From assembly GCA_040756235.1 (NCBI GenBank), contig JBFLZG010000024.1, positions 1 to 64,000 on the forward strand: a DNA stretch of 64,000 bases. The letters are read 5' to 3'. A program made the position numbers and the translations under genes. The notes below the pieces were generated by a model. The model ran no database searches. It was given only the letters and a program-made list of their open reading frames with translations, and was not told the origin of the DNA. The stretch comes from a bacterium (GTDB taxonomy: Bacteria > Desulfobacterota > DSWW01). This document shows positions 30,733 to 40,824 of this stretch, piece by piece (position 1 is the first letter of the stretch; every line of letters begins with the position of its first letter).

Positions 30733-32702
30733 GAATCCGATGCCTCCGCCCCTCGCGAGCGGCAGGCCGGGCCGGCAGGGCTCCCTGCCTGCGCTTGCGG
30801 ACCTCCGGCTTTGCGGCCCTGCTCCTGCTCTTGGTACGGCTGCCGGGGGCGGCTTCGCTCGAAGCCGCGGAGAAGAGGCTGTACTGGCGGTCGCTGGACG
30901 TGGAAGCCACGCTGGATGCCGAGGGAAGACTCCAGGTCTCGGAAGTGCATGTCATGGTCTTCACGGGCGACTGGAACGGCGGAGAGCGGACCTTCCGCAT
31001 CGGCTTCGGTCAGGATCTCGACTTCAAGGGTCTGTCGAGGACGGATCCGGGCTCCGGCGGGTGGCGCGCCCTAGGCGAAGGGAGTCTCGAACGGGTGGAC
31101 CACTACGAGTGGGTCGACTCGAGGACCCTGCGCTGGAGGAGCCGCCTGCCCTCCGACCCTCCTTTCGACGAGACTGCCCTCTCCTACCGGATCGAGTACA
31201 CGCTCTCCGACATCCTGGTGCGGCGCGGGGAAGCCTACTGGCTCGACCACGATTTCGCCTTTCCGGACCGGGAGTGGCCGATCCTGGCCTTCTCGGTCGA
31301 CCTGCGCATCGATCCCGTGTGGCAGCGTCCCGAGCCATTTCAGGCGCGGCTGAACAAGGGGAGGCTCGAGCCGGGCGAGAGCGTGGTGCTGACTCTGCCC
31401 TTGCACTACGGTGCCGCCGGGAAACCCGCGGGAGTTGCCGCCGGGGCGCCGCCTCTTTTCCGTTACCTGCTCCTGGCCTTGTACTTCACCGCAGCGATCG
31501 CCTTCAGCGCGTCCTTCCTCCGGCACGAAAGATCGCGTGGCAGGTTCGAACCGCTCCTGCCCGTCTCCGCCGTCACCGAGTCGTGGCTCGAGGAGAACGT
31601 GCTGGGCACGCCCCCGGAGGTCGTCGGCGCGGCGTGGGATGACACCACGGCCGCCCCTGAAGTCGCCGCAGTGCTGGCGCGGTTGGTTGCGGAGGGCAAG
31701 ATCGAGAGCGAGATCCGGCGCGGCGGCCGCTTCTTCGGCCGGGACGAGCTCCACCTCAGGCTGTTGGCGAGGCGGGATGGCCTCCTCGGCCACGAGCGGA
31801 AGCTCATCGATGCCCTGTTCTTCGCCAACGACCGGACCGACACGAAGAGCATACGGAGACATTACAGCAAGACCGGTTTCAGCCCTGCCGAGAAGATCCG
31901 GGAGTCCCTCGAAAAACGCGTGCAGGGGCTCCTCGGGCCTTCCGGCCAGGGAGGAGCCGGCGTTTCCTGGAAAGGGCCGGCGGCCCTCGGCCTGGCGGGC
32001 GCCGCGCTCATCGCCCTGGCCTCGGTGCTCAGGCCCGGCGAGCTGGCCGTCGGCCTCGCCGGCCTTGCTGCGGCTTTCGTGACCCTGGTCCTGGCGGCCA
32101 TCGAGGCGCCGCATTACAGAAGAGGAGTGGCTCATCCCAGGCTCCGCCTCTTCAGCCTCGCGTCACCGCTCCTGCTGCTGGGCGCCGCCCTGGCGTGGTT
32201 CCTGGTGAGCGATGCGTTTAGGAGCAGCCTCCCGCTCGCCGCCGGGCTGACCCTGGTGAGCGCGGCCGTCACAGGCCTTGCACTGGCGCTGGCGACAACC
32301 CGCGAGAGCAGGGAGCGGATGGGGCTTCGCAAGAGGCTCGCCTCGGCCAGAAAGTGCTTCCAGCAGGAATTGAAGAAGCCCCATCCCGACCTTCGGGACT
32401 CGTGGTTTCCTTATCTGATCGCTTTCGGATTGGGCCGCGACGTGAGCCGCTGGTTCAAGGATTACGGCGCAAGCGGCCTCTCCTCTCCTGCCTTGGCCTC
32501 TCCGGCCGGTCCGTTCGGCGGCGGCCCATCCGGATCCAGGGGCTGGACCGGCGGCGGCGGAAGTTTCGGCGGAGCGGGCGCGACGGCTGCCTGGGCAGCC
32601 GCAGCAGGCTCCCTGGCCTCGGGCGTCCCGAGCCCCGGCTCGAGCGGATCGGGCGGAGGCGGTGGAGGAAGCTCCGGAGGGGGCGGGGGAGGAGGCTGGT
32701 GA
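30729..32702 (+). CDS. DUF2207-like membrane protein with Gly-rich tail
   Basis: Extracellular N-domain, TM helices, FPYLIAFGL and GGGGGGGW C-terminus. Confidence 0.8.
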   Translation: MRIRCLRPSRAAGRAGRAPCLRLRTSGFAALLLLLVRLPGAASLEAAEKRLYWRSLDVEATLDAEGRLQVSEVHVMVFTGDWNGGERTFRIGFGQDLDFKGLSRTDPGSGGWRALGEGSLERVDHYEWVDSRTLRWRSRLPSDPPFDETALSYRIEYTLSDILVRRGEAYWLDHDFAFPDREWPILAFSVDLRIDPVWQRPEPFQARLNKGRLEPGESVVLTLPLHYGAAGKPAGVAAGAPPLFRYLLLALYFTAAIAFSASFLRHERSRGRFEPLLPVSAVTESWLEENVLGTPPEVVGAAWDDTTAAPEVAAVLARLVAEGKIESEIRRGGRFFGRDELHLRLLARRDGLLGHERKLIDALFFANDRTDTKSIRRHYSKTGFSPAEKIRESLEKRVQGLLGPSGQGGAGVSWKGPAALGLAGAALIALASVLRPGELAVGLAGLAAAFVTLVLAAIEAPHYRRGVAHPRLRLFSLASPLLLLGAALAWFLVSDAFRSSLPLAAGLTLVSAAVTGLALALATTRESRERMGLRKRLASARKCFQQELKKPHPDLRDSWFPYLIAFGLGRDVSRWFKDYGASGLSSPALASPAGPFGGGPSGSRGWTGGGGSFGGAGATAAWAAAAGSLASGVPSPGSSGSGGGGGGSSGGGGGGGW

Positions 32703-32802
32703 CACCGAGCCGTTCGAGCTTCGTTGTCCCGGCCGAAGCCGCGGTGCCCTTTCGGGGGCGCCTGCTTGGTGCGCCCGTGCGGGGGGTGACGGCGCACCTC
32801 TT

Positions 32803-32865
32803 GTAGGGGCGACGCATGCGTCGCCCTTCCGGACGTGGATTTCGACCGCCTGCGCCGGATGACGG
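32803..32865. repeat. REP-like palindromes between convergent genes
   Basis: GTAGGGGCGACGCATGCGTCGCCC and GGATTTCG...CCGGATGACGG. Confidence 0.6.
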
Positions 32866-32907
32866 AAAAGAGCCGGAGTCCGGCGTGCAACGCGTAATCA
32901 GAACCCA

Positions 32908-34254
32908 TCACGAACCGGCAGCCGCTGCGTCGAGCCGGCTCCAGATCTCGCCCATCCACGCGCGGTGCTCCGGCTTCATGACGCAGGCCCGCAGGCACAC
33001 GATCTCCTCGGCATCCCATTCCGCAACGGGCGCGCAGGTCTCGAGCATGGCACGGGGGATGCCGGCCAGGGCCAGGTGCAGGTCCCGCGCGGAAGCCGCG
33101 CGGAAGATCCGCCGGGCCCGCTCGGAGGACTCACGCGCCGACCGTGCCCGCGCGGCCCAGACGACGATATCCAGCTCGGGCGGGAACAGGGGGGCGAAGC
33201 GCGCGTCCCTGGCCAGTGCGCCGTGGAGCGCGAGAGCGGCCTCCCGGCAGGAGGCCAGCCCGCGGGCGAAGTCGCCGCCGGGCACCAGGGGGAGCATCCG
33301 CAGGGTCGTCCACAGGGCAACGGCAGAGGCGCCCGGCCGCGAGCACTCCAGGGAGATCTCCCCCAGGTGCAGCTCGTCCGAGCTGAAGTAGGTGTAGGGA
33401 GAGTCGTGCTTGTAGAAGCGCCCCACGGCCGGATCGCGGAACAGCACGCAGCCGCAGCCGTAGGGCTGAAGCCCGTGCTTGTGCGGATCGATCACCACCG
33501 AGTCCGCATCCCGCATCCGGTCGAAGGCCTGCCGCGCCTCCCTTCCCAGGTTGTCCGCCAGGATGAAGTAGCCGCCGTAGGCCGCGTCGACGTGGAGCCG
33601 GAAGTCGTAGCACTCCCTGAGAGCCAGGATCGCGGGCAGCGGGTCCACGGCTCCGGCCGCGGTCGTCCCGAGCGTGGCCACGACCGTGCCGATCCCGCGG
33701 CCGGCCAGCGCCTCCTCCAGCGCCCCGAGATCCATCCGGCCGCGTGCATCGACCGGGATCGCGCAGAACGGCACTCCCAGTACCGTCGACAAGCGCGCGT
33801 GGGTGTAATGGGCCTGGGCCGAGGCCGCGACCGCCTTGCCCGGACGCAGCTCCCGTCCGACCCAGAGGGCCTCGAAGTTGGCCAGGGTGCCTCCGCCGCA
33901 CAGGTGCCCCAGATGGGTCTCCCAGCCGAAGAGGCGCGCAATCTGCGCCACAGCTTCCTTCTCCATGGCCGAGCTGGCCCGGCCGCCGTCCAGGGCGTGG
34001 TTGTTGGGATTGATCCACATGGCCAGGGCGTAGGCGAGCCGCGCCACCGGATGCGGCGGTTTGAGCATCTGGCCGACGTAGAGGGGGTGGTGGTACGGGT
34101 AGTTGTCCCGCAGCCGCTCGGCGGCCGCCATCAGCGCGTCGCGGACCTGGCCGACGTCGAGCCGGGGGGAAAAATCGGGAAGACGACCGAACCCCTGCTC
34201 GAGCGACCCCAGGGCTTCGGAGAGCAACGTGACGGTGTCGTGATCGAAGGTCAT
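32908..34254 (-). CDS. PLP-dependent group II decarboxylase
   Basis: GGTLANFEAL, LGTTAAGAVD, HVDAAYGG and DPHKHG (PLP Lys). Confidence 0.92.
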   Translation of the reverse strand: MTFDHDTVTLLSEALGSLEQGFGRLPDFSPRLDVGQVRDALMAAAERLRDNYPYHHPLYVGQMLKPPHPVARLAYALAMWINPNNHALDGGRASSAMEKEAVAQIARLFGWETHLGHLCGGGTLANFEALWVGRELRPGKAVAASAQAHYTHARLSTVLGVPFCAIPVDARGRMDLGALEEALAGRGIGTVVATLGTTAAGAVDPLPAILALRECYDFRLHVDAAYGGYFILADNLGREARQAFDRMRDADSVVIDPHKHGLQPYGCGCVLFRDPAVGRFYKHDSPYTYFSSDELHLGEISLECSRPGASAVALWTTLRMLPLVPGGDFARGLASCREAALALHGALARDARFAPLFPPELDIVVWAARARSARESSERARRIFRAASARDLHLALAGIPRAMLETCAPVAEWDAEEIVCLRACVMKPEHRAWMGEIWSRLDAAAAGS

Positions 34255-34397
34255 GAGCGCGCGCTTCCTCCTTTCCGGACCGGCGGTTGAGGCAGGCGAT
34301 GTTGCCAAGACAATTCCCGACCGCGGGGGGTCTGTCAAGGCGGCAACGGTGGGTTGGGTGGGCGGCTGGCGCGAGCGCGCGGCGCATGCACACTCGG

Positions 34398-34620
34398 CAT
34401 GGTGGACAAAGCGAAGCGTGTCCACCATGCAGGGCAAATTCGAGCGCGGTGAATGGATTCCGGCCTGCTCCGGAATGACGGAAGAGAGGGCCGCGTCGTC
34501 TTCGTCATCCCCACGTGCGGAGCCCATGAGAGCCGGGCTCCAGAAGCCTGCATCCCTCGGGGCAACCGGATTCCCGAATACGGAAATGACGACACTTGCC
34601 CGACAAGTCATCCCCGGCCA
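34398..34620. repeat. Mixed REP-like cluster
   Basis: CATGGTGGACAAAGCGAAGCGTGTCCACCATG; TGGATTCCGGCCTGCTCCGGAATGACG; GGATTCCCG..GGAAATGAC; GTCATCCCCGG. Confidence 0.65.
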
Positions 34621-34671
34621 GGGCGGCGCTGAGCCGCCGCGAGGGCTCGACCGGTAGCCGCGGAAAGCGGT

Positions 34672-35451
34672 TCAGCCCTTCAGCGGATATCTCTCGCTCG
34701 GGGCCGGAAGAACCGCACGCATCTCGGGCGCATACCGGACCTCGAACGCCCGCGGCGAGATGTTCATCGAGCGCAGCTCGGCCGAGATCGGGTGGCTTCC
34801 CAGCAGCAGGGTGGCGCCGCCGAACCTCCGCCTTCCCCCCTTCATCTCGGTGCCGATCACGGTCTTCAGGATCTCGCCCTCACGCAGTGAGTAGGTCGTG
34901 AAGCCCTTCCGGTCGAGCCTGCGTCCCCTCGGCTTGTCTACCATCAGGGTGAGGATGTGCTCTTCCGACTCGCGCAGCTGGCAGGTCCGCCGCCCCTCGG
35001 TCTGCTCGAACCGAATATTGGCCACGAACTTGGGGTAGCCGAAGATCTCGACGCCGGCCCGCCACGCGATCTCGGTCGTCACCGGCAGATGGTGAATGTA
35101 GAGGCCCATGCCGGGGTAGTTGCTCTCCAGGAGCAGCGGCAGGGCGGGCAGGGCGACGCGCGGGTTGTGCAGGATCGGAAAACACACGGCCAGCTCGTTG
35201 TACGGGCCGATGTCGGTGTCGCGATACTCGAAGGCGGCCACCGCGATCAGAGAAGTGCCCGGTACGATCTCGACTGGCCGGAACCGTTTCGTGGGCAGCC
35301 GCTCGAGCGCCTCCCGGGTCGGCAGCGGGAAGAAGGCGAGCATCGCCTCGGCGTCCCGGTACCGTACGGGAAGCTCCAGCTCGACCTTCCGGTCCTCGAT
35401 CGCGAGGACCCACTTCTTGGATTCCGCTTGCTCCACCGAAACTGCATGCAT
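34672..35451 (-). CDS. Acetoacetate decarboxylase family protein
   Basis: YRDTDIGPYNE, LPVTT and GVEIFGYPK (Schiff-base Lys). Confidence 0.88.
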   Translation of the reverse strand: MHAVSVEQAESKKWVLAIEDRKVELELPVRYRDAEAMLAFFPLPTREALERLPTKRFRPVEIVPGTSLIAVAAFEYRDTDIGPYNELAVCFPILHNPRVALPALPLLLESNYPGMGLYIHHLPVTTEIAWRAGVEIFGYPKFVANIRFEQTEGRRTCQLRESEEHILTLMVDKPRGRRLDRKGFTTYSLREGEILKTVIGTEMKGGRRRFGGATLLLGSHPISAELRSMNISPRAFEVRYAPEMRAVLPAPSERYPLKG

Positions 35452-35795
35452 CTCCCTCTCTCCCTCCTCCGTTATGTACACTCGTTCGCACGCCGCCCAA
35501 ACCCCTCGGGCCTTGGCTGATCTTTGGATGCCGCATCCGTGACCGAGGATGGCGCCCGCGCAGCCGAAGCGGCCGGCTCCGCCGCGTGCGGTCCGCAGGA
35601 CAGCTCGCGAGGAAGCCCGGGGCCGGTCGTCGTCGCCACGGGTGCGCCGCACGTTGCCCCGGAAGGACAGGTCCCCACAGGGGGCTCGCGGTTGTGAACG
35701 TTCCTACGCGTTCGCGCGGTGTAGCCCAGGGGCCCTCCCGCCTCCGGGAACCGAAAGCCCCGGCACGGGCGGAGAAAAACCCGCGCAGGCGGAAG

Positions 35796-35811
35796 TGGCA
35801 GACATCTTGCT
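35796..35811 (+). promoter_or_regulatory. Candidate sigma54 promoter upstream of comM
   Basis: TGGCAGACATCTTGCT, GG-N10-GC, about 95 bp before the ATG at 35907. Confidence 0.6.
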
Positions 35812-35906
35812 ATGCCCTCGTGTTTCAGCGGAGCGCCGGCATCTCGGATCGCAGGATGACCCTCGTTGGAGCAGCGGATGCGCCCCGCATACGGGTCGAG
35901 GCACGC

Positions 35907-37538
35907 ATGATGGCAACCGTGCGCAGCGGTGCCCTGCTCGGCATCGACGGCTACCTCGTCGATGTCGAGGTGGACGTGGCGGAGAGCGGACTGCCGAAAT
36001 TCTCGGTCGTCGGTCTGCCGGAGGAGGCGGTGCGGGAGAGCCGGGATCGGGTGAGGGCCGCGATCCAGAATAGCTCTTACAAGTTTCCGTACCGCAGGAT
36101 CACGGTCAACCTCGCGCCCGCCAGCCGCAGGAAGGAAGGGACCGGCTTCGATCTGCCCATCGCCTTGGGGATCATCTGCGCCACGACCGGTATAACGAGT
36201 GAGAAGCTCGAGAGGCTCGTGTTCGTGGGCGAGCTGGCGCTCAATGGAGAAGTGCGGCCGGTGCGGGGAATTCTCTCCCTGGCCCTGATGGCCCGCGACG
36301 CAGGCCTGCAGGGAATCGTCGTCCCGGTGGAGAACGCCCGGGAAGCAGCCATCGTCCATGAGATCGAGACCTTCTCCGTATCCAACCTTGCCGCAGCCAT
36401 GAATTTCCTCAAGGACCACGCGGATCTCCCGCACCAGCGCGTGGACCTGGACGCGCTCTTTTCGCAGCGCTCGGTCGGCATGCCGGACCTGTCTGAGGTG
36501 AAGGGCCAGTCGCTGGCCAAGCGGGCGGTCGAAATCGTCGCCTCCGGACGCCACAACCTCATCCTGATCGGCCCGCCAGGGTCCGGGAAGACCATGCTGG
36601 CCCGGCGGATCCCCACGGTGCTGCCTCCGATGGAGCTCGAGGAGTGCCTGGAGACCACGAGGGTCTACAGCATCGCCGGGCTCCTGGAGCCGGACACACC
36701 GCTCATCACCCAGCGCCCGTTCCGCTCTCCCCATCACCACGCGAGCGACGCCGGCATGGTCGGAGGCGGCTCCTTCCCGAGGCCCGGAGAGATCAGCCTG
36801 GCCCACAACGGGGTCCTGTTCCTCGACGAGCTCCCGGAATTCCGCCGCTACGTGCTGGATCTCCTCAGGCAGCCGCTCGAAGAAGGGGCGCTCTGGATCG
36901 CCCGCTCCGGCGTGTCCGTGCGCTTCCCGTCCAGGTTTCTCTTCGTCGGCGCCATGAACCCGTGCCCGTGCGGCCACCTGGGAGATGCGACTCGACCCTG
37001 CACCTGCAACCCGACGCAGCTTCAGAGGTATCGGAGCAGGTTGACCGGCCCCCTGCTCGACCGGATCGACGTGCAGGTGGAGGTCCCGAGAGTGCCGTGG
37101 AAGGATTTGAGCCACCGGAGCCCCCGGGAAGCGACCTCCGAAGAGGTCCGGAAGCGGGTGCTGCGCGCCGTGGAGCGGCAGAAAGAGCGCCTCAAGCCCG
37201 CTGCGCTTTCGTGCAACGCCCAGATGGGCGCGAAGGAGATCGCGGCCTTCTGCAGGCTCCGCCCGGAAGGGGCGCGGCTGCTGGAGGTTGCGGTGGAGCG
37301 GCTCGGCTTCAGCGCCCGCGTCTACCACCGCATTCTCAAGGTCAGCCGGACCATCGCCGACCTCGGGGGTTCCGAGGAGATCCGCACCGCCCACGTCGCA
37401 GAGGCGCTCCAGTACCGCGTGCTCGACCGCTGGTCCGAGGGGCCGGCGCTCCGGGAGGGCGGCAACACCGGCCGGCGTGAGGCAGCAAAGGCGACCGGGA
37501 GCGCAAAGGAGGCTCCGGAGAGAGTGAACATTTCTTGA
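35907..37538 (+). CDS. comM: ComM/YifB Mg-chelatase-like AAA+ ATPase
   Basis: VGLPEEAVRESRDRV, TVNLAPA, GPPGSGKTMLA, RPFRSPHH, LFLDELPEF and AMNPCPCG. Confidence 0.95.
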   Translation: MMATVRSGALLGIDGYLVDVEVDVAESGLPKFSVVGLPEEAVRESRDRVRAAIQNSSYKFPYRRITVNLAPASRRKEGTGFDLPIALGIICATTGITSEKLERLVFVGELALNGEVRPVRGILSLALMARDAGLQGIVVPVENAREAAIVHEIETFSVSNLAAAMNFLKDHADLPHQRVDLDALFSQRSVGMPDLSEVKGQSLAKRAVEIVASGRHNLILIGPPGSGKTMLARRIPTVLPPMELEECLETTRVYSIAGLLEPDTPLITQRPFRSPHHHASDAGMVGGGSFPRPGEISLAHNGVLFLDELPEFRRYVLDLLRQPLEEGALWIARSGVSVRFPSRFLFVGAMNPCPCGHLGDATRPCTCNPTQLQRYRSRLTGPLLDRIDVQVEVPRVPWKDLSHRSPREATSEEVRKRVLRAVERQKERLKPAALSCNAQMGAKEIAAFCRLRPEGARLLEVAVERLGFSARVYHRILKVSRTIADLGGSEEIRTAHVAEALQYRVLDRWSEGPALREGGNTGRREAAKATGSAKEAPERVNIS

Positions 37539-37646
37539 CCGATGGTCGGCCAGGCGGCCGCGCACGGGCGGTCACGCCGCCACCGAAAGGACTGCAACAG
37601 ACAACGGGCCAGGCGCCAGTCCGAGGGCCCGGGAAGGAGGAGCGCC

Positions 37647-37847
37647 GTGAAGGACGTGTTCACCATCATCGAGAAGGAGGGGTGGGACAAGGGAATCTGG
37701 CGGAAGGTCGGCAGCGCCTTCGAGAACCGGGACGGGTCTCTGACCATTTTTCTGGACGCCCTGCCCGTGAACGGGCGCCTGCACGTCAGGGAACGGAAGC
37801 CCAAGGCCGGCCCTGCGGAGGGCGGCGGCCCGGGCGGAGAAGAGTAG
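37647..37847 (+). CDS. Small conserved beta-rich hypothetical protein
   Basis: AGGAGGAG RBS and GTG start; W.KVGSAFENRDGSL...LDALPVNG.L..R pattern. Confidence 0.75.
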   Translation: MKDVFTIIEKEGWDKGIWRKVGSAFENRDGSLTIFLDALPVNGRLHVRERKPKAGPAEGGGPGGEE

Positions 37848-38140
37848 CATACAGGGGCGTTGCTTGCCGCGCCCTTGCCGACGTGCGCCCACGGAACGCG
37901 CCGCCTGTCACCCGGGCCGGCAGCGGCATCCGGCGTCCCAGCATTGTCCCAACCGGCGTGTTGTGTGGCAGTTCCGCCACGCAGCCCGTTTCTCTTGCCG
38001 TTGCAGACCATTCCGTGCTATTCGTCTGCCGGCCGATGTGGCCTCCATGCCCCGTTTTCTTCACCCCCCTTCCATTCGACCTTTGTGCTATTCCGCAATT
38101 TTGAAAGCGAAAACGGCGCATCCAAGCTTTTGCCTCGCTA

Positions 38141-38156
38141 TTGGCACCAATCTTGC
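38141..38156 (+). promoter_or_regulatory. Sigma54 -24/-12 promoter of assA
   Basis: TTGGCACCAATCTTGC consensus; AT-rich tract near 38096-38107; GTGGC-N6-GCCAC-like sites at 37965 and 38038. Confidence 0.85.
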
Positions 38157-38266
38157 CGTCGAGCTGAAGCGGAGCCACGGGAAGAACCCGAAATCCGAGG
38201 GTCCCTGCAGGTCACAAAAGGGCAGCCCTCTTCGAAACACGGGAGCAAGCCGAAGGAGGGAGAATC

Positions 38267-40774
38267 ATGGCGCAGACGCCGGCAGCGCAACAAACGATCG
38301 AGGAGCTCGAAAAGAAGCAGGAATGGTGGTGGGCGGCCGAGAAGAAGCGTTCGCAGAGACTGGATTACCTCAGGAAGGCCGTCTGGAAGAAGGGGGCGAT
38401 CGGCGGCGTCTACAGTCCCGGAGTCAAGATCGACATGGAATCCGCCACGCTCTTCACCGAGAAGTGGTTCGCCAGGGACGCGAAGTACGACGAGAGGATG
38501 CTGAGAAAGGCCAAGACGCTGGCCCACGTACTGGACAACGTCACCATCTTCATCACGGACCACGCGCAGATCGTCGGCTACGCCGGAAGCGCTCCCCATA
38601 CCCTCATGTGGCGAATCGACGGCGCCAGCATGGTAAACGAAGAAGTCTACAACGAACCGGGGATCCATGAGGAACCTGAGGAAGATTCCCTCAGGAAGGC
38701 GGCGGAGCTCTGTTCCGTCTGGGCAGGGGAGACGGCAATCGACAAGCTCGCGCGCATCCTGGATCCGGAGGATGCGGTCAAGTTCATGAGCGGCGCCATC
38801 GGCTGGGGCACGCCGACCTCGGCCTACGGCTACTCGGGGAAGGACTACGAGTACTACTTGACCGGGAAGAGAGGCTTCGAGGACATCATCCGGGAAATCG
38901 ATGAGAACATCGAACGGGCAGAGGAGAAGACCATCGGCAAGCCCGGGCCCGAAATCCTCCCCATGTACAGGAGGATCCAGAGCTGGGAAGCCATGAAGCT
39001 GGTGCTGGAGGCCGTCATCCGGTTCGCCGGGCGATATGCCCGGCTGGCCCGGATCGTGGCCGAGAACTTTGCAAGCGATCCGAAGCGCAAGGAGGAGCTC
39101 CTGCGAATCGCGGAAACCTGCGAGCAGGTCCCCGCCAAACCTCCGCGCAACCTGCAGGAGTCCCTGCAGCTCGACCACCTGATTCAGATCGTGATTCGAT
39201 TCGAGGCCTACGAGGGCGCCTGGCCCGCGCGTCCGGACTATTACCACGGTCCCTACTATGACCGGGATGTGAACATCGACAAGCGCATCACCCGGGAAGA
39301 GGCTCTGGACCTGGTCGGCGAATTCCTGATCCGGGCCCATGAAGTCGGGATGTTCGCACCTCGCTGGGGACGCGAAGGGCTCCAGGGGATCACCGGCACC
39401 TGGGTCTGGACGATCGGCGGGGTGAAGCCGGACGGCTCGGACGCCTGCAACGATATGACCACGGCCCTGCTGCAGGCGGCCAGGCTGGTGCGTGTCTCGA
39501 ACCCGACCTTCGGGTTCCGGTGGCACCCCAAGGTCAAGGACGAGATCATGCGGGAGGTCTTCGAATGCATCCGCCAAGGTTTGGGATACCCCTCGATCCG
39601 TAACGATCCCGTGCTGGTCGCGAACGCCATGCACTGGCACGGGCATCCTCTGGAAGAAGCGCGGCTCTGGGTCCACCAGGCTTGCATGTCCCCGTGCCCC
39701 ACGACCAAGCACGGCATGCAGCCGATGCGCATGGCGTCGGCCACGGCCAACTGCGCAAAGATCATCGAATACGCCCTGCACAACGGCTACGACCACGTGG
39801 TCAACATGCAGATGGGCCCCAAGACCGGCGATGCCAGGAAGTTCGCAGACTTCGATCAGCTCTTTCATGCCTGGATCCGGCAGATGGAATGGCTCTTTTC
39901 CACGCTCGTCAGGACCGTGAACCTCGGCCGCTACATGGATCCCGAATTCTTCGGCAGACCTTTCCTCTCCGCCATCTCGGAGCGTTCGGTAGAATCCGGG
40001 CTTGACGTCGTCAGCCCCGAAGGGGAGAGGGGGAACTGCTGGATCACGGCCTTCACCTGGGTGGAGAACGCCGACAGCCTGGCAGCGGTCAAGAAGCTCG
40101 TGTTCGATGAGAAGAAGTACACGATGGACCAGTTGATCGCGGCGCTGGAAGCCAACTGGGAAGGTCATGAGGCGATGCGCCTGGACTTCGTGAAGTCCGC
40201 GCCCAAATGGGGCAACGACGACGACTACGTGGACCAAGTCATGCTGCGTTGCCTGCGGGAGTGTGCGCGTTTCTCCAGAGAGATTCGATGCCCGAGCGGG
40301 AACACGTGGCCGATTCTCCCGGAGAACGTGAGCGGCAACATCCACTATGCGAACATCGTGGGGGCGCTCCCCAACGGACGGAGGCGAGGGGATGCCCTCT
40401 ACGACGGCGGAATCTCGCCCGGACCGGGCCTGGACAAGAAGGGGCCGACCGCCGTGCTCAGGTCCTGCGGCAAGATCGACCACATTGCAGACGGAAGGGC
40501 CTTTCTCCTCAACCAGCGCCTCTCCCCGACACAGCTCCAGGGTGAGAGGGGTTACCAGATGTGGAAGGCCTACATCAAGGCGTGGGCAGAGCTGGGTCTG
40601 GACCACGTGCAATTCAACATGGTTTCGGATACCACCCTCAGGGCCGCGCAGCGCGACCCGGAGAGATACCAGGAGGTCATCGTGCGGGTGGCCGGGTACA
40701 GCGCACATTTCGTGGACATCAGCCGGAAGACGCAGGACAATATCATCCAGAGGACGATTCAGGGACTCGGGTAA
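38267..40774 (+). CDS. assA: Fumarate-adding glycyl radical enzyme, alkylsuccinate synthase alpha subunit (AssA/MasD clade)
   Basis: WWWAAEKKRS..LDYLRKAVWKKG; WVHQACMSPCP (catalytic Cys); LLNQRLSPTQL.GE.GY; RVAGYSAHFVDISRKTQDNIIQRT (Gly radical). Confidence 0.9.
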   Translation: MAQTPAAQQTIEELEKKQEWWWAAEKKRSQRLDYLRKAVWKKGAIGGVYSPGVKIDMESATLFTEKWFARDAKYDERMLRKAKTLAHVLDNVTIFITDHAQIVGYAGSAPHTLMWRIDGASMVNEEVYNEPGIHEEPEEDSLRKAAELCSVWAGETAIDKLARILDPEDAVKFMSGAIGWGTPTSAYGYSGKDYEYYLTGKRGFEDIIREIDENIERAEEKTIGKPGPEILPMYRRIQSWEAMKLVLEAVIRFAGRYARLARIVAENFASDPKRKEELLRIAETCEQVPAKPPRNLQESLQLDHLIQIVIRFEAYEGAWPARPDYYHGPYYDRDVNIDKRITREEALDLVGEFLIRAHEVGMFAPRWGREGLQGITGTWVWTIGGVKPDGSDACNDMTTALLQAARLVRVSNPTFGFRWHPKVKDEIMREVFECIRQGLGYPSIRNDPVLVANAMHWHGHPLEEARLWVHQACMSPCPTTKHGMQPMRMASATANCAKIIEYALHNGYDHVVNMQMGPKTGDARKFADFDQLFHAWIRQMEWLFSTLVRTVNLGRYMDPEFFGRPFLSAISERSVESGLDVVSPEGERGNCWITAFTWVENADSLAAVKKLVFDEKKYTMDQLIAALEANWEGHEAMRLDFVKSAPKWGNDDDYVDQVMLRCLRECARFSREIRCPSGNTWPILPENVSGNIHYANIVGALPNGRRRGDALYDGGISPGPGLDKKGPTAVLRSCGKIDHIADGRAFLLNQRLSPTQLQGERGYQMWKAYIKAWAELGLDHVQFNMVSDTTLRAAQRDPERYQEVIVRVAGYSAHFVDISRKTQDNIIQRTIQGLG

Positions 40775-40824
40775 GGGACGCTTCAGGCGGGACTCGTTCA
40801 GGGGTCCGCCAGGGGAAGAGAGAC

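Noticed and set aside
38267..40774. Pyruvate formate-lyase or benzylsuccinate synthase assignment
   Set aside because: No Cys-Cys pair as in PFL; LSPTQL.GE.GY and ISRKTQDNIIQRT match AssA/MasD rather than BssA as I recall those sequences
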